Shown here: piece after piece, positions 12,046 to 24,400 of the stretch | Layout of the letters: each line of letters starts with the position of its first letter | Numbering within the stretch: the stretch's first letter is position 1 | NCBI RefSeq assembly: GCF_036588685.1 | Contig: NC_086374.1 | Coordinates: 60,884,001-60,948,000, forward strand | Direction of reading: 5' to 3' | From: Mytilus trossulus | Lineage: Eukaryota | DNA length: 64,000 nucleotides | The notes under the pieces: model-generated | Seen by the model: only the letters and a program-made list of their open reading frames with translations | Database searches by the model: none | What the model was told of the DNA's origin: nothing | Made by a program: the position numbers and the translations under genes

Positions 12046-12851
12046 TCACCGTTCAAAGTTTTGAAATTCTCCTGGCATATTACTTAGTTCTTTAATGGTT
12101 GGGAATTTTTTTGTATCCCTAATTCTTTTAGTCACCGTTATATCTGGTTGAGGTCTAGGGGTCTTAGAAGATCTGTGTTTCAAATCAACTGAAAACACTG
12201 ATAAATTTGCTTCAGACATAACCATATCAATACTAGAAGGTCTCTGAATCGATAACGGTGTTGAAGTTCTAGGATCATAACTAAAAGAATTGTTAAAACT
12301 ATTGTCATGAGCTGCTGTTTTAATTGTTCCATTTGTGATTTTATTTTTGCGCATGCTCATTGTTCGACTTTTTGCTTGAGGGTCATGAACATATTGACTC
12401 ATTCTACTTTTAGGTGGAAAAATTGATGCTGCCTGACTCATTTTACTGGCTGCTGCTTCTCTATTATATGCATCTTTATTCGCAGCATCCTTAGCCTTTA
12501 ACACTGCTATAACACGCAACTCCCTTTCTAAGTTAGTTTTCACTCTGTCGATAACGAGCGCCTGGTTGCGTTTACGTTCACTGTCTTCACGCATCTGGGT
12601 AGCAACTCGACTTTTCATTGTGTCTATTGTCGCTATGGGTGGTTGCGGTTTTGTTACTAATTTAAGCTGTCCTTCTGGTTCTTGAAACTCAGAGTTTTGT
12701 TTCCATTGTTGTAGTTCCATGCTCTGTGGTTGCCCATTCCTGATTGGTTTTACTACAAGTTTAGGCTCTGTTATTATTTCCTTGTTTACCATGGTATTGG
12801 TGTCTGACAAAGTAAACACAGTATGGGCTCCTCTAGGAAGTGTTTTTGGAA
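12046..12851 (-). pseudogene. Duplicated terminal exon of gene A (intact ORF and acceptor; possible alternative last exon)
   Basis: Encodes the same protein as 18476-19281 and keeps the acceptor TTTTATAG|TT at 12852-12853. The upstream intron and its donor (13944-13949) are also duplicated, but only ~15 nt of the TM exon are. Confidence 0.75.
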
Positions 12852-13314
12852 CTATAAAATCAAAAAATCAAAAACGATTATATTAATTTATTAATTGGAC
12901 TTATTCTCTATCTCTAATCTAAGAGGAAAATTTCTAAACATTTTTCATTTGATTAAGCACATACATATACATGTTTTGATTCACTATAATATATAATGTG
13001 TTGTACGTATTGACGTTAATGCCTCAACAGCTTTGGTTAAAAATCCTTTTTGAAATATTCATGAAATAGGAATGAAGATGTTACATCATTCAAGTTGTAT
13101 AGTTGTATAGTTATTTCTCAAACTGTTTGAAATTTTATTAATTTGCACTAATATTGTGTTAATTTATCGCTCTTTGGATTGAGCACATTTGGGAAAAAGA
13201 TCTGTTCCATGGCAGTAAATCAGATGCATGAATAAATTTTAAATAAGATAACATTCTAACTAAATGATAATAAACTATCGGTTTTGTCATTGGTTTAATA
13301 AATATTTTGATTTT

Positions 13315-13360
13315 AGCGTCACTGATGAGTCTTATGTAGACGAAACGCGCGTCTGGCGTA
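13315..13360 (+). ncRNA. Solo minimal hammerhead ribozyme (PLE/retrozyme fragment)
   Basis: AGCGTCA CTGATGA GTCT TATGT AGAC GAAA C GCGC GTC^TGGCGTA. Stem I GCGUCA/UGGCGU is fully paired, counting G-U pairs. Confidence 0.85.
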
Positions 13361-13960
13361 CTAAATTATAATCCTGGTACCTTTGATAACTTTTAACACT
13401 ATTTTGATAAAAAATGATTAGATATCATATTATATTAATCTAATCTAAGATCGCACCAAATTCTGATTTAAAATACTGTTATCTTTGGTTCGTATGGTCT
13501 TCAGAAATATGCGTTTTCAGATATTGTTCTCTTAATTTTTTATTATCTCAGACTTTTTCTATTCCTTCTTTGCATTAGCCCTTTTACATTTTGACTAACA
13601 ACAACACATGAATTAATGCTGTCAGTAGTCATCGTGTTGAAATTCCTACTAATTACTTGAAACAATATGTGACATGGTTAATTGCTAACTCTGATTACAT
13701 AAATACTGTAGATTTTTTAAAATTAAATATAACAGGGGATTCAATTGGCGTTAGATGCATGCATGACACGAGTCGATAACCTGTTCTTTTGATTTCATGC
13801 GATTCTTCGTTTTATTACGTTAATTATTATCTATTTGATTAACGCATTAATAAGATTTGAACATCGATAAACTACTGTTATCTCTAATATATCTAGTGCA
13901 ATTTACAATTTGCTGTTTGACAAGAGCATTGAAATTAGCCTATACTTACTGATAGTGATT

Positions 13961-14035
13961 TTCTTCTTCTTCTTCTTCTTCTTCTTCTTCTTCTTCTTCT
14001 TCTTCTTCTTCTTCTTCTTCTTCTTCTTCTTCTTC
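13961..14035 (-). repeat. (GAA)25 microsatellite, probably the LINE 3' tail, at the duplication junction
   Basis: Perfect (TTC)25 on the plus strand, abutting the LINE fragment on one side and the truncated TM-exon remnant on the other. Confidence 0.9.
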
Positions 14036-14240
14036 AGGCAGGTTGTTACAGTTAAAATTATGTACAATCGTCCAGTCTGGTATTAATGTGTTGTCTGTAG
14101 GCCTGAGTCTACTGTCGACACCTTTAAGGTAGGCACTCTTGTTGATGTATATCAGCTCATTCTGGATACGATAGAGCATGCAAAACCTGTTGTCACGGCG
14201 TCTTGTCTGTAATGACGCAGACTGATGCGATATTCGAGTT
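14036..14240 (-). mobile_element. 3' fragment of a LINE, copy 2, ending in the (GAA)n tail
   Basis: SLQTRRRDNRFCMLYRIQNELIYINKSAYL, within ORF 13946-14353. Confidence 0.6.
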
Positions 14241-15507
14241 GTAACTTTGCAATTACTGTCCCCCTTGTGAATGGAATAGTCAGGGATACCATTTACGCCA
14301 AAAAAAAAAAACCAACAGAAATTGCGCCAATATTCGGAACTCTTTAGCGCCAATTTACCTGTGGGCTAATATATCAAACAAATTAATGATTAATAAATAA
14401 TTATTCTTATTTTATCTTATAAAGTAGAAGTATCATTCGTGAAATTATTGTTACTCTTGTGCATATCATGACACTGGCAAACCCACAACAGTTAGAGCGG
14501 TAAATAATACGAATGACTCAACTTAAGACCAACTAGACAGTCCATGCATGTACAGATTGAGAACGAAAAGAACTGTACTCTACCCAACCCAACTTTCCTG
14601 ATGAAGGTAATTTTTGTTTGCTATGGTGTTATCAATTTGTCGTTGGCTAATGAGTTTGAATATTGTTTTGGAATTTTCAACTTCTCTCTTCTCAACCCGG
14701 CATAACTTTCATTAGATGCAATCGAGATCAAAAGTTTTGGAAAACAACTTGTATGAGACGAAAATGAATGATTTCTAGTCATATACCTTTAAGGTGAATG
14801 GTCACTTCGGGTATGGACAGTCCACAAGCATTGAAACCAAAATAGTTATTATTGTCATATGATAGCAATTTCATTTCGGACGACTCGTGTTTCTTCAACA
14901 AAAAAGAGGGTCGAAAGATACCAGTGGGACATCCACACTCATAGATGGAAAATAAACTGACAACGCCATGGCTAAAATAGGGGGAAAAACAAACAATCAG
15001 ACAGACAGACAAACAACAATACACCAGACACAACAAAAAAACGTAATGAATAAGCAATGAAATCAAAATCTTGAGGTGATCTCCGATGCTCCGGAAGGGC
15101 AAATAAAGACAACAGTAGTATACCACTGTTCGAAATTCATCAATCGATTGAGAAAAAAACCAAATCCTGGTCACAAACTAAAACTGAGGGAAACACATCA
15201 AATATAAGGGGAGAACTACGATATAACATGCAGAAACACAACATTCACATGTAACACACACAGAAACGAACTATAATATAACAATGTCCATTTTCCTGAC
15301 TTAGTACAGGACGTTTTAAGAAAAAAATGGTGGGTTGAACCTGGTTTTTTTTGCATGCCAAACCTCCCACTTTTATGGCAATGTTAAATATAGCATTAAA
15401 ATGACAACATTACATGACAGGACTACAATACAAATAAATAGGAGAACATATAGGACAGAGAAACACGCGAATGATAGCTTACAAAGAGTACCAGGTATAA
15501 AATGTAA

Positions 15508-18195
15508 TACGTCAGACGCGCGTTTCGTCCCCACAAGACTAACCAGTGACGCACATAAGAAAATAGTTCGAATGTCAAAACAAGTACAATAAACTCATCA
15601 TAGATACCAGGACTAAATTTTTTATATACGGCAGACGCGCGTTTCGTCTACAAAAGACTCATCAGTGACGCTCGAATACAAAAAAGTTAAAAAGGCCAAA
15701 TAAAGTACGAAGTTGAAGAGCATTGAGGACCAAAATTACTAAAAGTTTTGCCAAATACAGCCAAGATAATCTATGCCTGAGGTAGAAAAGCCTTAGTATT
15801 ATAAAAATTTTAAATTTTGTAAACAGGTAATTTATAAATATTACCATATCAAAGATAATTCATGTCAGTACAAAGTGCTGACTACTGGGCTCGTGGTACT
15901 CTCGGGGGAATAAATTTCCACCAGCAGTGGCATCGACCAAGTGGTTGTAAATAAACTCATCATAGATACCAGGACTACATTTTGTATATACGCCAGACGC
16001 GCGTTCCGTCTATGAAAGACTCATCAGTGACGCTCGAATCCAAAACAGGTAAAAAGACCAAATAAAGTACGAAGTTGAAGAGCATTGAGGACCAAAATTA
16101 CTAAAAGATTTGCCAAATACAGCTAAGGTAATCTTTGTCTGAGGTAGAAAAGCCTTAGTATTAGAAAAATTTAAAATATGGCAAACAGGTAATTTATAAA
16201 TATTACCATATCAATGATAATCCATGTCAGCACAAAGTGCAAAGTTGAAGAGCATTGAGGACCAAAAGTTCCAAAAAGTTGTGCCTAATACTGCCAGGGT
16301 TTTCTGCCTTGGATAAGAACATCCTTATTATTTAGAACAATTCATACATTTGCCAACAGAAAAAATGCCTCTATTATAGATTTACATGATAAAACCGAAG
16401 TGGTGACTAACTACAGAATAAAACCAGCACATACAAAAGGGTAATCAGTTCCTGTCGCTTGTGTGGCACCCAGCGCGCAATCCTCTATCAAGGAAATCAT
16501 CTCTTTTGTCGAAATTTTTTATTTCCAACCGACCCCATTGATAATTTCGAGATTTAATCCAAGATATGAGGCAGAATTAACTGTGTCTGTTGTATTCTTT
16601 ATCGCTAGTTCGAATCGATAGATGCGTTCAACATAGTCACAATATTTTGAATTATTTAGCGAGAGAACATTATCTTTACAACGGAAAGTAAAGTTAAAGG
16701 ACATTGTTGACTTCTTTTCTTTCTTCCTATGACGTTCTTGTATGAAGTCAGCATCATACGAATAAAGGAACAATTCGACAAGAAGAGGGGCACAGTTGTT
16801 TCCCATGGGAATACCGATAGTATGTTGAAAAAGTTCTCCAAACGTAACAAATATGTTGTCAATCAAGATATCAAGCATCTTGATAATGTCAGTTTCAGAG
16901 ATTTTTTTTGTTTGATTCAGAGTGATTTTTTTACAAAGAAGAAAGTATCCCTCACAAAGACAAGATACTTGCATCTACGTTGGCTTTTCTTTTTTATGAA
17001 ACAAAGCAATACGTACTCTTTCAATTTGTATTTTAGCTTGGAAAAGGAAATACTTGTGTAAAGTATAGAAAAGTCAACTATTTCAATATTAATGGAAGAT
17101 GAGTCTTGGATCGATGTAATGTAATGGATGCTTGGAATTTTTTAGTATCCACATCTGATTCACATCACCTTTAGAATAGGCAGCTTTAAAATAACTTTGA
17201 AGCATTGCTTTGATTGCTGATAAATGCGATGTAAATAATTAAGAAAGAGGTTTCGTGGAGAACTTGGGAGACACAACAATATACCGTTGTTTGTAAGGGC
17301 ACTTATGTAATTTAGGTATCCAATACAATGATTGAAGATTCTTTTCTTAATCTTTGGTTGTATTTCCAAGGGAACATAGAAAAGAATAAAGAAAAGATTA
17401 TCCAGGATTTCTTCTTCAGTAATTGTCGTGTGGATATATGTTGAGTTTCTAAGTGAATTGCGGGAACAACAACATATTTGCCATGGAGGTAGGACAAGTA
17501 TTTGCAACATTTGGGTATTTAAAGATTGACATAACGTGGGTATTGATAGACCTAACCAGTTGCTTAATTCTGGTTTGTATCAACGACCTCACAGTCTTAA
17601 TTCATATGGAAAAAAGCATCACGTCTTATTTCTAGTGTTTAACCAATCGCCTGGAATAATTCCTGACTTACTCCATCAGTATTTCAAAGTTGTGTTTCTA
17701 ATTGACGGATTTAAGCTCACGATATTTTGGATCTATGGATTACACATTTCGCAGGGTTATTGACAATGTCGAGGTCACCAGTAATAACGTGACCAGCCGG
17801 ATTTTATATGAGAGGGAATCTAGCACAGCTGCAATCAGGAGTTTTAGACTTGAATTCGTCAATATTGATATCCTGCAAAACCTGCTTGTAGTTGAAAATC
17901 TTAGTTGCAATGGGTTTGGTATTGGTATAAGACGGATCTGTAAAATAGGGAGATATTTGTGTTTGAACTAATTTATGATGAAGGATATTGCCCAATTTGA
18001 CGGCATCGAGGCCTTTGTTGGCAAAGGAAAGTTTAAGAAAGGATCTCTTTCTCTTTTTCATCTTTTCCAATGCGAACTGGTTTGAAAAGTCTGTAACTTG
18101 GAATATCCAAAATGATAGCTGTAAATTTGTATTGGTTAGAATGAGGGTTTGTAACAGTGGTTTCCAATATAAATCGAACAGAGAATGAACTTTAA
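15508..18195 (-). mobile_element. Decayed Penelope-like element with hammerhead repeats, copy 2
   Basis: ORF 16519-16974 contains GIPMGNNCAPLLVELFLYSYDADFIQ. The same architecture as 9083-11765. Confidence 0.85.
15627..15673 (-). ncRNA. Minimal type-I hammerhead ribozyme (core intact), duplicate copy
   Basis: Same sequence as 9201-9247. Mutated neighbours at ~15508-15553 and 15989-16035. Confidence 0.85.
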
Positions 18196-18475
18196 CAACA
18201 TTTACCAGATTCTCTCAAGATTGATGTTTTTTATGTCGTAAACTTACCGACGACATTGTTCTTTATCATTCGTTGCTTTGATGTGATGGAAACCAGAATT
18301 TACTCGCAGAAGTTTCTATCCACTCGAAAAACATATACAGTTTAAAATTCAGTTTAAACAAGTTTATGATAAATAAAGATGCAATTTCTTAACGGAAAAT
18401 ATAAAACTAATACATACAAAATGGTAAGTAAATTGTTATATGACTATTGTTTCTTATAATTCTATTAAATACAAT

Positions 18476-21400
18476 TCACCGTTCAAAGTTTTGAAATTCT
18501 CCTGGCATATTACTTAGTTCTTTAATGGTTGGGAATTTTTTTGTATCCCTAATTCTTTTAGTCACCGTTATATCTGGTTGAGGTCTAGGGGTCTTAGAAG
18601 ATCTGTGTTTCAAATCAACTGAAAACACTGATAAATTTGCTTCAGACATAACCATATCAATACTAGAAGGTCTCTGAATCGATAACGGTGTTGAAGTTCT
18701 AGGATCATAACTAAAAGAATTGTTAAAACTATTGTCATGAGCTGCTGTTTTAATTGTTCCATTTGTGATTTTATTTTTGCGCATGCTCATTGTTCGACTT
18801 TTTGCTTGAGGGTCATGAACATATTGACTCATTCTACTTTTAGGTGGAAAAATTGATGCTGCCTGACTCATTTTACTGGCTGCTGCTTCTCTATTATATG
18901 CATCTTTATTCGCAGCATCCTTAGCCTTTAACACTGCTATAACACGCAACTCCCTTTCTAAGTTAGTTTTCACTCTGTCGATAACGAGCGCCTGGTTGCG
19001 TTTACGTTCACTGTCTTCACGCATCTGGGTAGCAACTCGACTTTTCATTGTGTCTATTGTCGCTATGGGTGGTTGCGGTTTTGTTACTAATTTAAGCTGT
19101 CCTTCTGGTTCTTGAAACTCAGAGTTTTGTTTCCATTGTTGTAGTTCCATGCTCTGTGGTTGCCCATTCCTGATTGGTTTTACTACAAGTTTAGGCTCTG
19201 TTATTATTTCCTTGTTTACCATGGTATTGGTGTCTGACAAAGTAAACACAGTATGGGCTCCTCTAGGAAGTGTTTTTGGAACTATAAAATCAAAAAATCA
19301 AAAACGATTATATTAATTTATTAATTGGACTTATTCTCTATCTCTAATCTAAGTGGAAAATTTCTAAACATTTTTCATTTGATTAAGCACATACATATAC
19401 ATGTTTTGATTCACTATAATATATAATGTGTTGTACGTATTGACGTTAATGCCTCAACAGCTTTGGTTAAAAATCCTTTTTGAAATATTCATGAAATAGG
19501 AATGAAGATGTTACATCATTCAAGTTGTATAGTTGTATAGTTATTTCTCAAACTGTTTGAAATTTTATTAATTTGCACTAATATTGTGTTAATTTATCTC
19601 TCTTTGGATTGAACACATTTGGGAAAAAGATCTGTTCCATGGCAGTAAATCAGATGCATGAATAAATTTTAAATAAGATAACATTCTAACTAAATGATAA
19701 TAAACTATCGGTTTTGTCATTGGTTTAATTAATATTTTGATTTGAGCGTCACTGATGAGTCTTATGTAGACGAAACGCGCGTCTGGCGTACTAAATTATA
19801 ATCCTGGTACCTTTGATAACTTTTAATACTATTTTGATATAAAATGATTAGATATCATATTGTATTAATCTAATCTAAGATCGCACCAAATTCTGATTTA
19901 AAATACTGTTATCTTTGGTTCGTATGGTCTTCAGAAATATGCGTTTTCAGATATTGTTCTCTTAATTTTTTATTATCTCAGACTTTTTCTATTCCTTCTT
20001 TGCATTAGCCCTTTTACATTTTGACTAACAACAACACATGAATTAATGCTGTCAGTAGTCATCGTGTTGAAATTCCTACTAATTACTTGAAACAATATGT
20101 GACATGGTTAATTGCTAACTCTGATTACATAAATACTGTAGATTTTTTAAAATTAAATATAACAGGGGATTCAATTGGCGTTAGATGCATGCATGACACG
20201 AGCCGATAACCTGTTCTTTTGATTTCATGCGATTCTTCGTTTTATTACGTTAATTATTATCTATTTGATTAACGCATTAATAAGATTTGAACATCGATAA
20301 ACTACTGTTATCTCTAATATATCTAGTGCAATTTACAATTTGCTGTTTGACAAGAGCTTTGAAATTAGCCTATACTTACTGATAATGATTTTCTTTGTGT
20401 GCTTTTTAATATAACTTCTATAACAGCAAATACCAATTACTAGAGCCAGAAATATGATTAACATTAGACTGAAAACTATTGCAAAGATTGCTGCAATTGA
20501 CAGCGGATCATCTGGCGGGGTTACTGGTGCTGAAAGTAGAGATATCAAAATGATGTTCGGGCTGATTCGTCGTTTAACATTCTAAAGGATTGCGGATAAT
20601 TGCTATGTTTGCATACAAATGTGAAAACAAAGTTATGCAATTTGATGACTAGGCTAAACATTGTATCCACAACATATGTTGTACGCTTTTGAAAATATTT
20701 AAAGAAATAACATTGATGTTAAAAAAAATTACATGAATATTGTTTATCAAAGATACCAGACAACATACGACCCATCAATGAGAATCAAAACAGTTCGAGG
20801 TCCAAGTCGAAAACGAAGTTAAAGAGCATAAACCGAAAAGTAAAAACATTTGTAATCAAAGTTAAGAAAAGGTATAGTAATTTTAGAAATAATTATTTTA
20901 AACATAACATTTGGTTTACAAGTTTAATGCAGCATTCAGATATGAACCAATGATCTCGCTAGTTGTCAGTTAAACTAGTATTTTAAATGGTAAGGTAGAA
21001 CTAGAGCGAATTCAAGATATGGACTGCTGTGTCACTGATTTCGACCCATAGCAATTACTAGTAATTGACAACAATATAACTCTTGAGAAAATTTCCGTTG
21101 ATGTGACCAGTTGAGGCCTGTTGTATACAAATTATGTTTGTAAAGTATTCAATCAGGTGCACTGATAGTTTAAAGCAAGTTAATACTCACCACAGGATGC
21201 TGAAAATAGTGTATAATTAGAATTAAAAAGGTATTAATTAAAATGATTAATGAAATGTTTTTTTCTAAACACAAGCAAAACTTGCATCACCATAACCAAG
21301 TACAACATGTATATCATTACGCTTCATGATAGTTTGAACGTTGATTTCCCTTAAAATATAAGCTCGATTGCAAGTAGTCCTGTGATCTTTTCAGAAAAAG

Positions 21401-24400
21401 ACATTTCTAATGTAAATTATGTTCGTGATAAACACTTTATGGCAAGTTTTAAATTTATATGGTTTATGACAGCAATAATGTTAAAATGAACATATCAATT
21501 TCATCAGAGCACAATGGTGGTATTACTACTCATGAAATCTATCGCTAGTACCCTGAATTAAGGCTATGCATTTGCGTGTGCTCTTAAAAAAACAGAAAAC
21601 ACATCCAAAAAGTATTTCGGTATGACACTTAAAAATCATCCTTCATTATAAACCTAAACCTTCGAATTGTTTTGAAAAGTCCTAATATAATTACTGATTA
21701 CTCTGGTAAATGTGTTCATAGGAAGATACCGAAGGGAGACCAACAAAAACATGATAAAAAGAATAATCCAAGAAAAACCAGGGCGATCTTAGGTACATCA
21801 GGAGGACAAACAGATCCTGCTTCTCTATTGGCATTATAGTGTAAGTCTCATTTGGGGATGTTTTAATCTTGGACAATAGGAACGGGATTTAGCTACCACA
21901 ATCAGAACATATATAAAGGCAACATTTGTACATATCTTGGTCATTGAGGCACGGGTATTCCATATTAATTAACATAATCATTATGGCATTCTTTACACTT
22001 TAGATGGGATTGCTTCAACTTTACCACTAAGAGCCTTTGGTTCAATAGCTTCCTTGACAGCAGCAACCAGCTATCAAGGAAAACCAGGAAGGAAAACTAA
22101 AGCTTTGGTGTATCGTGTCAACTGGGAGATGATATTTACTCCCTACACAGGCGCTGATGAAATGTCACTGAAAAGCCTCTGTATAAAGCACAAGTATATA
22201 AATTAAATGAACCGGTCGACATGAAGACGTGACCAGTTGGTACCTACATACATGCCGATTGTCTGTTGAAAACAGGTCATAAAAAACGTAACAAAGGAGT
22301 TGTCAATTAAAAAAAAATAGCATCTTGTTGATATCATTTGTTTTAAATGTAATTAATTATCTGTTTAATGTGTTTGAGCTTTTGATTCTACCATTTGATT
22401 AGGGACTTTTTTTCAAATCAGTATTTTTATGATTTTTCTTTTTATACCAACTTACTGACAGTTGTGAGTTGAAGAAGAGCACCATCTGTAGGAAGAACCG
22501 TCGGACTGGAACCTGATGAACATTTATTTGGACTTTGACTGACCATTGTAATATTGGTATCAAATTCCACCGTCTAAAAATAATAAGAAAAAAATTATTA
22601 GGAATCATATTCTAAGTTTTACATTCATGACACAAAATCAGTATGTGCACAGCAAAAAAACATTGAAAAATAAAAAAAAGTTTTGCTCTATCAAAATCCT
22701 ATTTAGGCCTTAAACACGGAGTATCTCACTGTAAGTGTAAGAAGGCTCTTAGCACAGTTTTATATTTCATTTGGGGGGTGGGGTGAGGGATTTGTAAATA
22801 TTCGAACTTTGATAGGCAATTTTAAATTTCTATTAGGCATTCAACAACCAATACTACAAAATGAAGTACTCTGTGTTTATCATTACCAGTAAATGCGTAT
22901 ATGTAGGTGCGCATGCGAATGATTGTGTATGAACACTCTATTCACTCCATGTAAAGCAATAATATGATAGCAAACAGAATAAAAAAAAATGTCTGATTTA
23001 CTCACAAAACACGTAAATCGCTTTGTAGACGCTCCATTTACAGTAGTATCAAAGTTGTAAACACCTACATAGTAAACACTGGTACTTGTTGTGTCTTGGA
23101 ATGATGTGATACAACCTAATGAACCAGACGCTGGAATGAATAATGATAATTAATTTATTTATAAAAATGTGTGATGAATTTGAATGTTCGTTGTGCTTTT
23201 TTGCTGCTTGGTTTGTTTTGTTTTGTTTTGGTAATTAAGAGTTATCAAATTTTTGCTCAAAAATACAAGAAATAACGTGAGTAAATTCTTGGTAGTGTAG
23301 TAGAGAAGATATTAGCTCAACATAAAATTTCGTAAATATGTCATCAGCTATAAAATTATCTATTAGTGAAAAGAATGAATAACTTTGCTTCATTAAAAGA
23401 GACTAATTTGGTAAGTTACATGTGTGATTTCATAGAGATACTTGTATACCTTCATGTATTTCATACGGATTTGGATCATAGTTTAATAAAGTCAGAGGGG
23501 GGGGGGGCGATAAATGGCTGAATCGTGTTAAGAGAAAGTCTTATATTTGCACGTAAAAGACACCCTTGTAGATTGCGAAAAAGAGCAGGCTAATGCCCCT
23601 AAAAGGCATCACTCGCACCCGCAAAGTGGAAAGAGACCAATATAAGTTGCAATAACTTGTTTCCCAATCTACTATTTATAAATATGTTTAAATAAAAGCT
23701 GAGTTTATGAAAATCTGTGAATCTTTATTTTGAACCATATAAAAAGAGTATTGTTTTCTACTAGGACAATTTTAGACTTTCACTGATAAACTACTCGATC
23801 ATAAATTGCAACTACTAGTACTCTTATGGTAAACTAAAGAGATTTTTTTAAATCATTTTATTTGCTACATTTGTGCGTCAATAAAATAAATACTGGCATT
23901 GTCATACGTTTGCCTCAAATATTCACTGGCGCGGAATGACCAAATGTTGATTCGCATATTGAGTGAAGCATGCATATCAGATGACGCTTATCCTGTCAAA
24001 TCATCAAAAGGTGCCCTTTTTTGGAGTTAATGCGATTTCCTAAGCCTTTATATCCCCTTTAGTGTGTATGCTCTAAACGAATTTATGAGATTAAAACATC
24101 AGTAAACAACTGTTCATTTTATGAATAAACACAATGTGTCTTTTGAACACACGTATTCTTCATACTTCGTCTGATTGCTGCTATGCTGTTTCCTTCGTAA
24201 AAATATTTCAAAAATATCGTAAAATGCATTATACTTTAAAATTAGTCTAAATTCAAACTAATAGAAATTTACAAAAAGGATCTGGTGAACAAAAATACAA
24301 AGAAATCACGGGAAGAAAATATCGTAAAATGCATTATACTTTAAAATTAGTCTAAATTCAAACTAATAGAAATTTACAAAAAGGATCTGGTGAACAAAAA

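Larger units (their letters stand above)
6276..13963. repeat. Tandem segmental duplication, left copy (includes a 1409-bp insertion)
   Basis: Near-identical to 14109-20393. The offset is ~7830 before the 6797-8205 insertion and ~6430 after it. The ORF track shows duplicated ORFs, e.g. 12046-12819 equals 18476-19249. Confidence 0.95.
14109..20393. repeat. Tandem segmental duplication, right copy (continuous with gene A)
   Basis: Near-identical to the left copy. Similarity ends inside the TM exon (GATTTTCTT|TGTG versus GATTTTCTT|CTTC). Confidence 0.95.

Noticed and set aside
13946-14353. 135-aa ORF with a poly-Glu tract as a gene
   Set aside because: It is a chimera of a LINE fragment, its (GAA)n tail and an exon remnant. 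The Glu frame stops inside the donor site.
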